From Lama glama (Eukaryota), in NCBI GenBank assembly GCA_028534125.1, contig CM052819.1, forward strand, positions 105,648,001-105,712,000: a stretch of 64,000 bases of DNA, in the 5' to 3' direction. The notes below the pieces were generated by a model. The model was not told the DNA's origin. It saw only the letters and a list, made by a program, of their open reading frames with translations, and searched no databases. The position numbers and the translations under genes are program-made. Positions 20,510 through 64,000 of the stretch are shown here, one piece after another (position 1 is the stretch's first letter; each line of letters opens with the position of its first letter).

Positions 20510-22975
20510 TCTGGAAAAAGAAAGATATGTCATGCAAACGCTGATCTAAAGAAAGCTGGCATGGCTACATTCATATCAGATAAAGTTGACATCAAAGCAA
20601 AGAAAATGACCAGAGCTTTGACAACTGACCCTTTATCATCATATGATAAAACAGTCAACCCACCAAAAAGACATACAAGCCTAGATGTGTAAATGCAACG
20701 AACAACAGAGCAGCAAAACATGTGAAGCAAAACTAATAGAACCTGAAGGAGAAAGAGACGACATCCCGCTCTCAGCCCGCGATGGGGCAACTGGACAAAC
20801 GGAGAGAAACTCAGCACCACCATCGGCCAGCAGGATCTAACCACATTTATAGAACCCTTCACCCCAGACAGCAGGACACACATTCTTTTCAAGCGTCCAC
20901 AGAAATACATTGAGCTAGACCGCCTCCTAGGCCATGGAGCAAGCCTCAACAGAGTTAGAAGAATTGGAACCATAAAACGTGTGCTCTCTGATCACGTGGA
21001 ATCAAACTAGAAATTAATCCAGAGATGACAGAAAAGTCTCCAAATGCTTGGAAACTAAACATCACACTTAAAGTCCATGAATCAAAGAGAGAGTCTCAAA
21101 AAACACATTGACGAATGAAAACACAACCTATGAAAGCTTGTGGGATGCAGCTAAGTCAGTGCTGGGAGAGAGCAGCTCATAGCACAGAAGGCGGACATTA
21201 GAAAAGAGGGTGGCACGCTATGCCCGCACCTCAAGGACTGCAAAGAAGAGCGAAGCAAAGCCAGAGCAAGCAGGAGCGGAAGACAGGGAAGGTGCGCAGG
21301 GAAAAAGAGCCGAAAATGGAAAAACAACGGGGAAACCAATGAAACAGCGAGCTGGTTCTTTGAGAAAAACATTAAAAATCAGTAAACTGTCTAGTAAGAG
21401 CGACCAAAAAAGGAGAGCGAGAAGACACAAATTCTTAATATCAAAACGGACACAGGAGATGTCCTATCGGCATCAAAAGGAAAATGAGGGAATAGTATGA
21501 ACAACTCTACACTCATAAATGTGACAACTTTGATGAAATGAACAATTCCTAAAAAAATACTAACTGCCACAACTAACCTGATATAGAATAAATAATTAGA
21601 ATAGCCTGTAACTATTAAGGAATTTGAGTTTTTAATTTAAAAACTGCCCTCCCCTGGCCCCCCAAAAATCTCCAGGGCCAGATGGTTTCACTGAGGTTTC
21701 TACCAAATGTTTTAAAAAGAAATAAAACTAATTCTACACAACCGCTTCCAGCAAATAAAAGAAGATGGAATACGCCCTGATTCATTGTATGAAGTTAACA
21801 GCACTGTGATACCAAAACCAGACATACAGTCAGAAAAAAAACCTATAGGAGAAACAGACAAATGCATAATACAATTGGAGATTTCAGCATCCCTCTCGTG
21901 AATATAAATGCAAAAACCCTTAACAAAATATTAGAAAATCAGATTCAACAATGTATACCATGACCAAGAGGAATTTATTCCAGGGATGCAAGGCTGGTTC
22001 AATATTTTAAAAAAATCAATCCATGTAATCTGCCATATTAACAGGTTAATGAAGAAAAATCATGTGATCATATCAATCAATGTCAAAAAAGCATTCAACA
22101 AAGTTCAATACCCATTCATGATAAAAACTCTCATGAACGTCGGCATAGAGAGAACTTCTTAAATGAAGAGCATCTNNNNNNNNNNNNNNNNNNNNNNNNN
22201 NNNNNNNNNNNNNNNNNNNNNNNNNNNNNNNNNNNNNNNNNNNNNNNNNNNNNNNNNNNNNNNNNNNNNNNNNNNNNNNNNNNNNNNNNNNNNNNNNNNN
22301 NNNNNNNNNNNNNNNNNNNNNNNNNNNNNNNNNNNNNNNNNNNNNNNNNNNNNNNTTGTAGAGAATCTCGGATTCCGTAACAAAACAAAACAAAGTGAGA
22401 ACACCCCTAGAACAAATAAAATGAATTCAGCAAGGTTGTGGGACATATGATGTACGTGTGAAAAGTTATCTGTAATTCTAAGTACTAACGATGAGTATGT
22501 GGACACCAAAATTTAAGTTAAAAAGCACAAAACTTACACCTGCTCAGAAAAACTCAACACTTAAGCGTGAGTCTAACAAAACATATGTAGGACTTGTGTG
22601 CTGAAACTACAAAACACTGATGAAAGAAATCACTGAGGTTCTGAATAAGTGGAGGAGCATGCAAACATGGCTTGGAAGACTCAGCATAATAAAGATGCCA
22701 ATTTCCCCCAAACGGTCATTTCTATCCACATCCTAGCAAGAATTCCTATAGACAGAGACAAGATTATTCTGAAATTTATATGGAAAAATCAAAGGAGCTA
22801 GAATAGTTAAAACAATTTTGAAAAAAGAATAAAATGGGAGAAACTGGTCTACTGGGTTTAAAGATTTATTATTCAGTTACAGTAGTTAACTGAGGTGGAT
22901 GGATGGACAGACAGAGATTAACGGAATGGAATAGAGAACCCACAAATAGATTACAGAAATATGCCCAATTGATTG
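20510..22975 (+). mobile_element. LINE-1 ORF2 remnant (endonuclease to RT), many stops
   Basis: atatcagataaagttgacatcaaagcaaag; ccagatggtttcactg; tttattccagggatgcaaggctggttcaat; gcattcaacaaagttcaatacccattcatgataaaa; gaatagagaaccca. Confidence 0.9.
22176..22355. other. Assembly gap (180 N)
   Basis: Run of N. Confidence 1.
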
Positions 22976-22984
22976 TTTTCACTA

Positions 22985-23730
22985 ATTAATTTAAATTGTG
23001 GTAAAATACACACAACATAAAAATGATCATTTTAACCATTTGGAAGTTTAAATTTCAGGAGTAATTAGTGCATCACAATGTTGTACATCCATCACCACTG
23101 TCTGTTTTTAGAACTTTTTCAGCACTCCAAAAGGAAACCCCATACTCATTAAGTATGCACGCCCCCTTCCGCTTCCCCCACGTCCCAGAAATCTGCTTTC
23201 TGTCTCTAAGGCTCTGCCTATTGCGGGTACTTCACGTAAATAAAATCACACACTAAAGGCCTTTTCCGTCTGGCTTACCTCACTTGGTGTCGCGTTTTCC
23301 GGGCTCATGCACGTTGTTGCATGATGGACCTCACTTCATCCATTCTTCTGTCGAGGGACATCGGGCTGTTCCCACCCTTTGGCTGCTGTGAATAGCGCTG
23401 CCATAAACATTCGTGCACCACTTCTTGTTTGAGTACCTATCTTCAGTTCCTCTGGGTGCACACCTGGGAGTGGCATTGCTGGGTCACACGGAAACTGCGT
23501 TTACCTCACTGAGGAGACGCCAAGCGTTCTCCCAGCGCGGCTGCGCCACTTTACACCAGTCCCACCACCAGAGCGTGAGGGTCCCCGCTTCCCTGCATCT
23601 CCGCTGAGCTGACGCTTGTCATTGCCTGCGTTTTGCTAATAGCCGTCCTAGTGGGTGCGAAGTGGTACCTCACTTGCTGATATTTGGCATTTTCCTAATG
23701 ATTAATGATGTTGAGCATCTTTTCTTGGGG
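22985..23730 (-). mobile_element. LINE-1 3' end (L1MA/MB-like), antisense
   Basis: ttaaattgtggtaaaatacacacaacataaaa..ttgtacatccatcaccac..ttggctgctgtgaatagcgctgc..ttcctaatgattaatgatgttgagcatctttt. Confidence 0.85.
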
Positions 23731-24224
23731 AAACTGCGGTCTGGAGAGGGTCACACACCCAGCTGGAGGACAAGAAGGTGCTAAAGTCCTGGTAGAGAGT
23801 CACTGAGAGACACCCGCTCCGAGCCCCACCCCCGGGATGTCCTCAGGGGCAGGCCCAGAGCCTCTCCTGCCCTGCTCCTCCAGCTGAGGCCTGGGCTGGC
23901 GATCTGAGGCCCCTGAGGTCATCCTGGCTCAGGACTCCCGACCCCTGGGAACCCAGCCCCTTCAGGGGAGCCACACAGACTGAAGCCAAAGGGGAATATT
24001 TCAGTGTCCACGCTTCCTTGAGGGGTCAGGAGCCAGCAGCCAAGGGGCAGGGCCCCTCCAGCCCTCACCCTGCCACTGCAGCCTCCCCCCTCCCCACCTC
24101 GGAGCACTTCCCACAGAAAGCACTTCCTCCTCCTTCTAAGCTGGTGATGCTTGCCGCAACCTGGGCACCAAGGGGTGTCCCAAGTGCTGAGATCTTGGAC
24201 CTGGGCACCATTCATCCAAGGCCA

Positions 24225-24380
24225 TTTTCTAGCTTTGTGACTTTGGTCAAGCTCCTTAATCTCTTTGTGCCTTAGTCTCCCCATCTGTAGATTGGGGGTG
24301 ATAGTAATGCTGACCCAACAGGGCAGTTCTGAGATTAAGTGAGTGCAGTTGCCAAGTACTCAGAACAGGGCCTGGTGCGT
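24225..24380. mobile_element. MIR SINE
   Basis: tgtgactttggtcaagctccttaatctctttgtgccttagtctccccatctgta..gagattaagtgag is the MIR core. Confidence 0.8.
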
Positions 24381-24629
24381 GGTGGGGTCTGGTATGTAAA
24401 TCCACCACGCAGCAGGAAGGGCTACTCGCAGGTGAAGACAGAGGCTCTGAGATGGCACTGCCAAGGGGCAGGCAAGTTGCTGCCCCGGTGCTTAGAGGAG
24501 CAGTTCAGGCTCAAGCCCCCCGAGGCAGTGACCTGGCTGGAGGCAGCACTGGCCCTCGCCCGGGCCGCTGTGATCGCGGGCCACCTCCACACATCCCCGG
24601 CCGCTGCAGGTCGCCTGCAGGTAAGGGCT

Positions 24630-24790
24630 GCCTGGAAACCCCCAGGGTGATGGAAAGTCCAGAACTCTACAGGAGCCCGTTTGCTAATCTCCAAGAAAGA
24701 GGCTGAGTGATGTCCGCAGCGGCCAGGCCCGCCGGATGACCTGGGGGCTCCTGGGAGGGGATGAGGCTTTAGGAAAGTGAAGTGCAGACT
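24630..24790. promoter_or_regulatory. Candidate AIRE upstream NF-kB enhancer (CNS1-like)
   Basis: Two adjacent kB sites, GGAAACCCCC (24634-24643) and GGAAAGTCCA (24652-24661), plus an IRF-like GAAAGTGAAG near 24773, about 1.9 kb upstream of the AIRE ATG. Confidence 0.6.
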
Positions 24791-25799
24791 TCCATTTTCT
24801 CAGCAGTTGTCACTTCCCTTGAGCAGTTGGCTTGTGGCTAAGGTGTCCCTCTCCCACCCCTGATGACCACTCAGCCCCCAGGGAGAAAATGCACCGGGTG
24901 CAGGGTGGCGCTGGGTGATGCCAAGGGACCCAGGGGCTCTGGGCCGGCCACCCCGAGGCCAGAAGCACGGCTCCCTGGTCCCCTGGGGGCCTCTGTGTGA
25001 ACGTGGGGACCTGCTGGCCCAGCGGGTGTCATCAGAGGTGACAGGAAGTGACCAGGAGGCTGGGAGCTCCAGAGAACTCAGGAATCCCGCTGGGCGCTGA
25101 GTGTAGGGCTGACTTCGGCTCACGCTTTCTTTCACGTCTTAACAGTAGACACACATGCAGGAGAGAACAGGGAAGGCCGGTTGCAGCTGCTGGGCCCTGG
25201 GCTGGGAGAGGACACACGTCTCAGCTGTGAAGGCCCCCTCCTCCTGATGCGGGAACCCTGCCTTGGTTTCCCCATCTCCAGGCCTGGGCCACTGACGGTT
25301 CAGTGCTGAACACTGGGACTGTGGGGAGCAAGCCTGCGGTGGGGGGTGGGACGTAGAGACATGAGGTCCATTGGCCCCGTGCCCGGCGCAGGGGGCACTG
25401 GCGAGGGCTGTGGGGGTTGTTATTTCAGGGACCAGGACCTGAGCGTGGAGCTCTCTGGCAACTCAGGGTCAGAACAGGCTGGTTCTCTGGTAGAATGTTC
25501 TGGGGACGGACACGGGAGCAGGGCCCTGGCACCGCCCACCTCTGGGGCGCCGGCTGCAGTGTTGAGGGTGGCAGCCGTGGACACGTGGGACTTGGGGACC
25601 ATTCCTGCCTGTCCTGCCTGCACGTTCCACAGACACCCGGGGGAGCCTCCCTAGGCTGTGAGCCAGACAAAGACAGAGTCTCCCACAGCGCATACTCAGG
25701 CCTGTCTGCCCACGGGGTCAGCCGCCTTCTAGAAGCTTTATTTTCTAACACACCTGGAGGAAGTCGAGGGTGGGCTGCTGCTGGAGACTCCCAGTGGAA

Positions 25800-25870
25800 T
25801 GTGCTCATTTTAAAAATGAGAGGACTGAGGCCCAGAGAAGGAAAGCAACTGCCCGGCATCACCCAGCCTC
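25800..25870. mobile_element. MIR fragment
   Basis: cattttaaaaatgagaggactgaggcccagagaagg..actgcccggcatcacccagc. Confidence 0.65.
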
Positions 25871-26199
25871 CAGGTGACGCTCAGAGCTGAGCCCGCTGAC
25901 GTGCGCTAGTCCTAGTCCAGGTCCTCCACCAGGCAGGCACCCCTCCACCTGACCCCGCCTACAGCCCCTGTCTTGGGACCCCTGAGCAGCTACTGTGGCG
26001 GCAGTAGTGTCCCGGCCTCTCGGAGCTGCCCCTCTGGCGCCTGAGGCCGGGCCCTGGGTGAGGTGAGGGGTGCCTGTCCTGGCTTTTCCCCATTTAAACA
26101 AGGCCCTGTGGGATGCGGGCCAGAACCGCATGTAGGGAATTGAGTCGGGTCAGGCCCCATTCCAGAAGCTTCTTTACCAAGGAAAGAAAGCCAACAGCC

Positions 26200-35990
<9,791 letters not shown>

Positions 35991-36216
35991 TCAGGGACTC
36001 CCAGCCTGCAGGCAGCATGGGAGGGGGAGGCGAAGCCCCAGAGCAGACCTCACCCTCACGGAGGCAGCGACTCTGCTCTGAAAGGGACAGAAGGGGACGT
36101 GCTCCCTCACCTCTGGCAGCTGCCGGGTTAGGACTAGGAACTGAGTTCAAGTGCTGTTAACTCTCAGCTTGTCAACAGCCCTGTCTTGGCAGCACAAAGC
36201 CACCGTGTGCACTGAA

Positions 36217-36222
36217 ATTAAA
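36217..36222 (+). terminator. AIRE: Probable AIRE polyadenylation signal (ATTAAA)
   Basis: ATTAAA about 230 nt after the stop codon, followed by a GT-rich downstream element. Confidence 0.65.
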
Positions 36223-38343
36223 GTCACTTCTGTGTGCTCTCCAGTGGGGTGTGTTTGTTCTGGGGGGTGGGTGCCCCTGTGTTTCTGGTCCCTGTCGTGT
36301 AGGCTGAGCTAGCCGTAACGGGAAGAGAATGCCAAGCAGGAACCCCTGTGCCCCAGCCTCTGCCCCAGCACAGCCCCGGCTCCATGTGGTCCGGCCCCGC
36401 CCTCCTCTGCCACCCACCACGTGCTCCCACCTCCTCTGTTACTCAAAGGGCCAAGCCCATCCACACCTCTGGGCCTTTGCACAGGCTGTTCCCTCTGCTC
36501 AGAGTTCCCTACACCCTGTGCTTCGCACATCTATTTTCTCATCCGTGAGATCTCAGTTCCAGTGCCACCTGCTCAGTCATTTATTCAAGAAACCTTTACT
36601 GTGGCTCTTCTAAGTGCTGAGCCTTGGGGTCCCAGAAGGACATTCCAGTGACAGATCACTCACCAAAGGAGGGTGTCCACAGACAAAAACAGGAAACAGG
36701 ATGGGGTCAGGTGACGGGGGCACGGGGGCTGGCCGTGGACGGCCCTGTGCTTATCCTTCTCTGCCCGCCACGGGAGACAGCCCATCAGAACTGATTTCTT
36801 TCCTCACAGTGTCTGTCCCCCTGAGAACGGCCACCAGGGGGCCTGGCGCCCTGTCCAGTCCTTGGCTGAGCTCCCAGGGCCTGGTCCAGCTGCTGGGTCA
36901 GTGTTGGTGGAGAGATGGCTGGGCTGTCGTAGCCCCCCACCTGCAGGGACCCCATGGTAGAACACCCTGCCGGGTGGGGTCGGAGCCCTGGGGAGGGTGG
37001 GGAGTGGCCACTGGCCCCGCTGTGTGGGGGCCCCAGCTCGGGACTCAGAGCCCTCAGGTTCCCAGGCTTTACTGGCTCGTTCAGCCCCTCTGGAGACCCT
37101 CTGTGCTCAGCACATGTGAGGCAGCCCCTTGGGAGGGGCTGACCAACGCCCTCCGGTGGGGCGTAAGTGCCTCAGGCCACCAGGTCTAGCGTTTGTTCAG
37201 ACAGGGACCCACTGATGAGGACATGCCTGTCACATGAGCGAGCAGGCAGCTCTCCCATGCCCGGCTGGGCCAGGCGGGCAGCAGGGGGACAGATGGCAGT
37301 GGACAGCAGTGCCAGGAGGGACGCAGCAAGCATGGATGCGTGCAGAGCGGCCCAGCTTGGAGGCTGGATCGTGTTTGTGGATAAGGAAGGATCCAAAGGT
37401 GGGGAGACCAGAGACAAGGATTGGGAAGGAGCACCCTAAGCTGGGCCCGCTGGGGCGGGGTGGGGGGTGATGGAGCAGGAGTCAGGGGACGGATGCCCGC
37501 TGACTCACAGCGGGGAGCCGTCTCTTCCCCACGGATCCTGGCTGCTGTCTCAGCCCCGCCCCCCCCCATAGGATGACGCAGGACTGGATGAAATTTGCAG
37601 AAGCCGGTGGGGGAAACGTGGTGGAGGGTGACCTAAGGGGTGACATAGTGGCGGTGACATGGTGGGGACCATGGCAGTGGTGGGAGATTTGTTGGGGAGC
37701 TGGCCCAGGTGAACTCAGATGTCACAGACACCCTGCCCATCGTTGTCCAGGGCCTGCTCTCAGCCACTGCAGCCTTGGCACCACTGGGTCTCGCCTTGGG
37801 TTCCCGGGGATCTGGAGACCCCTGCCTCATCAGAACCCCTCTACAGACAGAGGCCCTCCCACAGAGGCCCTCCCCTGGGGCTCAGTGCTCCCACTGGTGG
37901 CCCAGTGGCTTCCAGTGCACCCCGTGTCACTCCTCACATTCAGGAAACGTCACTCAGGAGCAGTCCTGAGTCCCGTCCGTGGTCTGTGGTGTGCGTGGAG
38001 GGATGGAGGAGGCTGGGGAGGGGCCGTGTGCCTGCATCCTGGGTCCTTCACTACCTGCCGCAGCCTGAGCTTGTCGGCACTGAGTTCATCCTGTGCTCTA
38101 AGCACAGTGGGTGATGGACCTGCTGTCCTGCAGCCCCTGGGCTTCTCTTTGCTTCTCGGGAGCTGACCGTCCATCAGCTGCTCCTGTCCGTCTTTCTGTG
38201 GGGTTAGAAGTTGGTCTTGCTGGTCCAGCACCAGATCAACGTCTGGCTACGTAACACCCTGAAGCATCTGTTCGCCTAGCAAGGGCATCAGCCAAGGGTT
38301 ACATTGGTACATCCCGTCTGCGAAGCACGCAGAACCCACCGGA

Positions 38344-38680
38344 TTCGTTTCCTGGGCGCTGTGACAAAGTGCCACAGATCAGGCGGCTCAAAGGACAGAC
38401 ACGTCTTCTCCTAGTCCTGGAGGCTGAAGCCCGAGGCCCANNNNNNNNNNNNNNNNNNNNNNNNNNNNNNNNNNNNNNNNNNNNNNNNNNNNNNNNNNNN
38501 NNNNNNNNNNNNNNNNNNNNNNNNNNNNNNNNNNNNNNNNNNNNNNNNNNNNNNNNNNNNNNNNNNNNNNNNNCACCCTAAAAACCCCACTTACCTTAAT
38601 CACCTCTGTGAGACCTTCTCCAGCTAGAGCTTCAAGTGTGAATCTTGCGGGGGTGGAGACACCGACTCTCTCCTTGACCA
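38344..38680. mobile_element. MaLR (MLT1-like) LTR spanning a gap
   Basis: gctgtgacaaagtgccacaga..gtcctggaggctgaagcc..ttaccttaatcacctc. Confidence 0.65.
38441..38573. other. Assembly gap (133 N)
   Basis: Run of N. Confidence 1.
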
Positions 38681-38689
38681 CACTCAAGT

Positions 38690-39735
38690 CAGCCTCCTCT
38701 GAGTCTGCCTGACCTTGGCCTCTGCCCTTGGTTTTTAGTCAGTTTTAGCCAAAATCCTGCCAAGTCAGTTTAGGGGAAGCCCCCGGCCTTGGAACCCACC
38801 CACTCTCCGTAGCTGATCAGTTTCTCACCTCCACCTGGCTAGCCGGGCCCCCGGCCCGCCCTCCAGAGGAGTCCCAGGATCCCCTAGCCTCGCTGTTTGC
38901 ATTTAGTAGTTTCCGTCCACCGGCTCCCTCTTGCTCTTTGGCCATAAATCCCTGCTTTCCCTGTTGTGGTCAGAATTGAGCCGGACTCCTTGCCCCCACT
39001 GCAAACCTCATCGCCGTGGTCCCCCTTGAATAAAGTTCCTTACCATGGCAGCAAGTGTTGTGAATACCTTGTTCCTGAGCAGGAACAGGATTTGGCCAAC
39101 CAATAACACCAACCTCACGCTTTTCATCCACTGGAGGCTGGCAAAGGCCTCACTGACCCGCACGGACTCTACCATGTATCACTACAACATACACCTATCT
39201 TGTCACCCCCTGGGCTCGTGTTTATCCTTCTTATTGTCCGGAGAACAGCCCAGTCTGTGGGATTAGCTCCCAAAATGTTCCTGAGGCACTGAGCGTGCAG
39301 TTCACTTTCAGAGCTGTACCCACTAATGCTCCAGCTCCAACCGGCCTGGGTCACCCCTGAATCCTTTCCTGCGTGAAGCCAAGGACCCACACTTTGCCGG
39401 GCATAGTCCCGGGACACGGCCCTCCTCGTGCCGCACCAACCTCGGCACCTGCTGTTCACTTGTACCCTTTGTAGGTCAGCCGCTTCCCTGCGTTCTGGGA
39501 GCCGTTCTAGCAAGTTATCAAACCCAAGGAAGTGTGGGTGACCTGGGGACCTGTCACTTGCAAATGGCCTCTGAAGTGGGGCCGGTCTTGGGAGACCGAG
39601 CCCTTAACCTGTGGGATCTCTGCTGACTGGCCAGGGAATTAGTGTCAGAATTGAATTCAATCACTGGACAACGAGTTGGTGTCAGAGAATTGGTTGGTGT
39701 GGGGAGAAACCACACATAGTTGATGTCAGAAAGCA
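38690..39735. mobile_element. Cluster of ERV LTR fragments (including a MER21-like end)
   Basis: gaataaagttccttacc; aatcctttcctgcgtgaagccaaggac (shared with the LTR near 15950); gtcagaattgaattc..gagaattggttggtgtggggagaaaccacaca. Confidence 0.6.
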
Positions 39736-39944
39736 TGAGACATTTTCTGGGCAGAGATGTTGGGCATTTGATCTCCTCCTGAGAGCCAGAGGGCATCCTG
39801 GGTTTGCTTAGCAGCAGGGAAGACAGACCAGCCCTCTCCCCACCATATGCCCGCCTAACACCTGGGACCTGCCCGCACCGCTGCCCTGCTGACCCAGCGT
39901 GTTCTCAGGACTCGGGCAGGCATCACCCATGCCCTCCCCAGAGG

Positions 39945-40730
39945 GCCTGTGGTGGTTTTAAAACATGTCAACACATTCTTTGATACTCATCTTTCCAAGA
40001 GGTGGAGACTTATTCCTCTCCCCTTGAACATGGGCTGAACTTAGTAACTTGCTTCTAAATAATGTGCTGGAGTGGGAAGGGATAAATCAGGAATTTGAAA
40101 TTTGCAGCTCTTGGGGAGTGATGGAAACATTCGCTACCTTGATTGTGGTCGTGGTTTCATGGGTGTGGACATCTATCAAAATTCATCAAATTGTACATCT
40201 GAAATATGTGGAGTTTACTGTAGAGGAACCACACCAGAATAAAGAGGTTAAAAACATTCTTAGCAAGAAAAAAAAGAGGCTAGTATATAACATAAATCCT
40301 CCTTTCCAATTTTCAGACTTGTAATCTCTTTTTCTTCTTTGTGCTGATTAATATCAAGTAAAAACGGCTCTACCAGGAAAAAAAGAACGTGCTGGAAGTG
40401 CTGGGCATGACCCCGAGAGTAGGTCGTAAAAAGCGCTGTGGCTTCCCTTTGGATAGCTCGCTTCGGGGAAGCCGGCCTCCACATTGTAAGGTCACTCAAG
40501 CAGTCTTGTGGCAAGGCCCATGTGGAGAGCAACTGAGGCCTCCTGCCACCGGCCACCTGAGGGCCATCTAGGAAGCAACCGGTCCAGCCCCAGGGGGCCT
40601 TCCGATGATGCAGCCTCCTGAGGTCCAGAGCCACTCCCACAGCCCTGGCCCTCAGAGGCTCTGAGATAATAAATGTCTGTCGTGGTTGCCGGCCTGTAAG
40701 TCTTGGGGAACTTGGTCCCACAGCAGTAGG
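39945..40730. mobile_element. MLT1F-like LTR interrupted by L1 3' fragments (about 40058-40270)
   Basis: ctccccttgaacatgggctgaacttagtaacttgcttcta ... gaggcctcctgcc..gagataataaatgtctg. The inserted gggaagggataaatcaggaatttg and cttgattgtggt..aaattcatcaaattgtac are L1 3'UTR motifs. Confidence 0.65.
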
Positions 40731-42307
40731 TACCTGGTACTGTCAGCTCCCAGGGAAACGGGCCAGACTGTGGCCCAGAGACCCTGCCACTTCTCCAGGA
40801 CCTCTGCCCCACAGTGGTGTCTCATCCACGCTCTTTATCCGGATGTAGTGCTTGTCAAGTTCTCGCTGAAGTCTCCTTACAGAGAAGAGCGGGCTATGCT
40901 CACACTCACCATCTCCTGGACCCTTTCTGCCCCCCTTACCAGTCCCACTCCTCCACTATTTATGATTATTTCATGCAGTTTCTTGGAATTTTTAAAAAAA
41001 GACAATTTAAAAAATGGCTCCTGTGCTCTTTATTATTTGTTATTGTCATTGTTTCTGTTGTTATTTGTGACAAGAACACTTACCATAAGGCCTACCCTCT
41101 TGGCCAGGTTTTAAGTGTACACGACAGAATCATTAAGCAGGCACTGGGCTGGACACTGAGCTCGGGGACGCACTCATTCTGCAGAACTGACACTTCCCTC
41201 CGTTGACTAACACCCCCCCACTTCCCCGTCCCCAACAATGGAATATTTTCAGTAAACTTTGTATTAAAGCATAAATACAAAGAAAACCACACAAATCACA
41301 GGCGATCAGCTCGCTGAATTTTCACAAAGCAAACACCTGGCTCAGCACTCAGCTCAGGAAACAGAATGTTACCCCTCCCCCCAGCCCCCTACTGGGGCTC
41401 CTGGGACCTGCCCACTGCTAGCCCAGGATAGAGGCCTTTCCTTGGAAACCCCAGTTTGGCAACCAGGCTTTCTGAGGGCTGGGGTCAAGTCTGTTCTGGT
41501 GACGGGCTGGGTGTCCCCCCCACCCCCTGCTAGAGGGCCTGGATCGGGGCGGGGGGGCTCCAACCCTCCGAGTGACTGATCCGCTGACCATCCGACGTAG
41601 AGCCCACACTGTCCGGACCCAGGTCCCCACCCACCTCGCTGCCCCGTGTGCACGTTTTCCACGGGTCCAGCAAGTACTTACTGCAGTAACGTATAAATGA
41701 AAGAACGAAGCCTCGCAGGGCTTCCTTTTAATTCCTTTCGCATCTTAATCGTCCACCGCTCTCCGTCGGCCCTCGGTTAAAGCTTGAGGGCGGTGGCTGG
41801 GGGGCCCTGAGTGGGTAGGGCTCCTGTGGCTCCAGCAAAGAACAAAGTTAAAATAGACCGGCGCCTAGAATGACAAATTCCTGCGAGACGCGGGGCAGGC
41901 GGCGGTGCGCAAAGGGTCGCGTCCGGCCCCCTCCCCGGGCCGTCCCTCCGGTCTGGTTGACACTCACTGGCTCTGCCGCCGGTTGTGACGAGCAGACCTG
42001 GACGGCTGGGCTGCGCACGCTCCACGAACGCGGTCCTGGATCAGACCGAACAGGTCTAGAAACTTGAACTAAAATGCTGGCGCAGTGGGCCCGAGGCCCA
42101 GGTGCGGCCGCCGCGGACGGCCAGGTGGTGGGTGCGCGCCCCGGACCCCGGGTCAGCCACGCGGGCGCGCCGGCCCCACCCCGCGCCCCGCCCTCGTGGC
42201 CAGCGGTGACCTCACCCGGCGCCGGGGCGGAGCGCAGGGCGCGGGGCGGGACCGGCGACAGCGGCGGCTCGGGGCGGCAGAGCGAGCGCGGCCGAGTCGG
42301 CGCCGCC

Positions 42308-63744
<21,437 letters not shown>

Positions 63745-64000
63745 GTGGGCCCGGGACCTCTTCGCCCACATGGGCCGGGGGCAGAGCGCGCCCAGAGTGG
63801 CTGCCGAGGGGGTCGGGGCATGGGGAGTAGGCAGAGCCCGGCTGCCCCCCAAGGCCTTGCGGGAGGCAGGGAGGGGCGTGCCTCGGGGGTCCCCAGGGTG
63901 CAGGGGTGACGGCGGTCAGGGCTGCAGCTGACGTAGTTGAGATGCATAGTGGCATGGACGTCGGGCCACGGTTCTGTTTGGTGAAGCAGCCGCACGTGGC

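Noticed and set aside
20510-22975. Potentially active LINE-1
   Set aside because: Many stops, frameshifts and deletions; no long ORF2 in the track.

Overview
Mammalian, GC-rich genomic window covering the conserved DNMT3L–AIRE–PFKL block (syntenic to human 21q22.3). DNMT3L is on the minus strand with 11 coding exons at 13549→1761; its last exon was not found and probably lies left of the window. AIRE is complete on the plus strand with 14 coding exons at 26521–35990 (1719 nt, 572 aa as modelled). PFKL is on the plus strand with exons 1–16 at 42308–63744 and continues past the window. A tRNA-derived SINE resembling the camelid Vic-1 family suggests a camelid genome (inference). Intergenic and intronic DNA holds L1 remnants, MIRs, MaLR and ERV LTRs, simple repeats and three assembly gaps. 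Most ORFs in the six-frame track are GC-rich noise. I found no evidence for a wholly new system. The best leads are lineage-specific splice and regulatory oddities: (1) the expected DNMT3L exon-1 donor reads AT instead of GT; (2) an L1 5'UTR with an intact YY1 box points into DNMT3L; (3) the AIRE exon-12 donor appears shifted by 30 nt; (4) AIRE has substitutions at human disease positions; (5) a CCAAT/octamer-rich solo LTR with a TATA box and splice donor sits just upstream of PFKL exon 2. Comparisons with human, mouse and cattle sequences are from recall, not from alignments.
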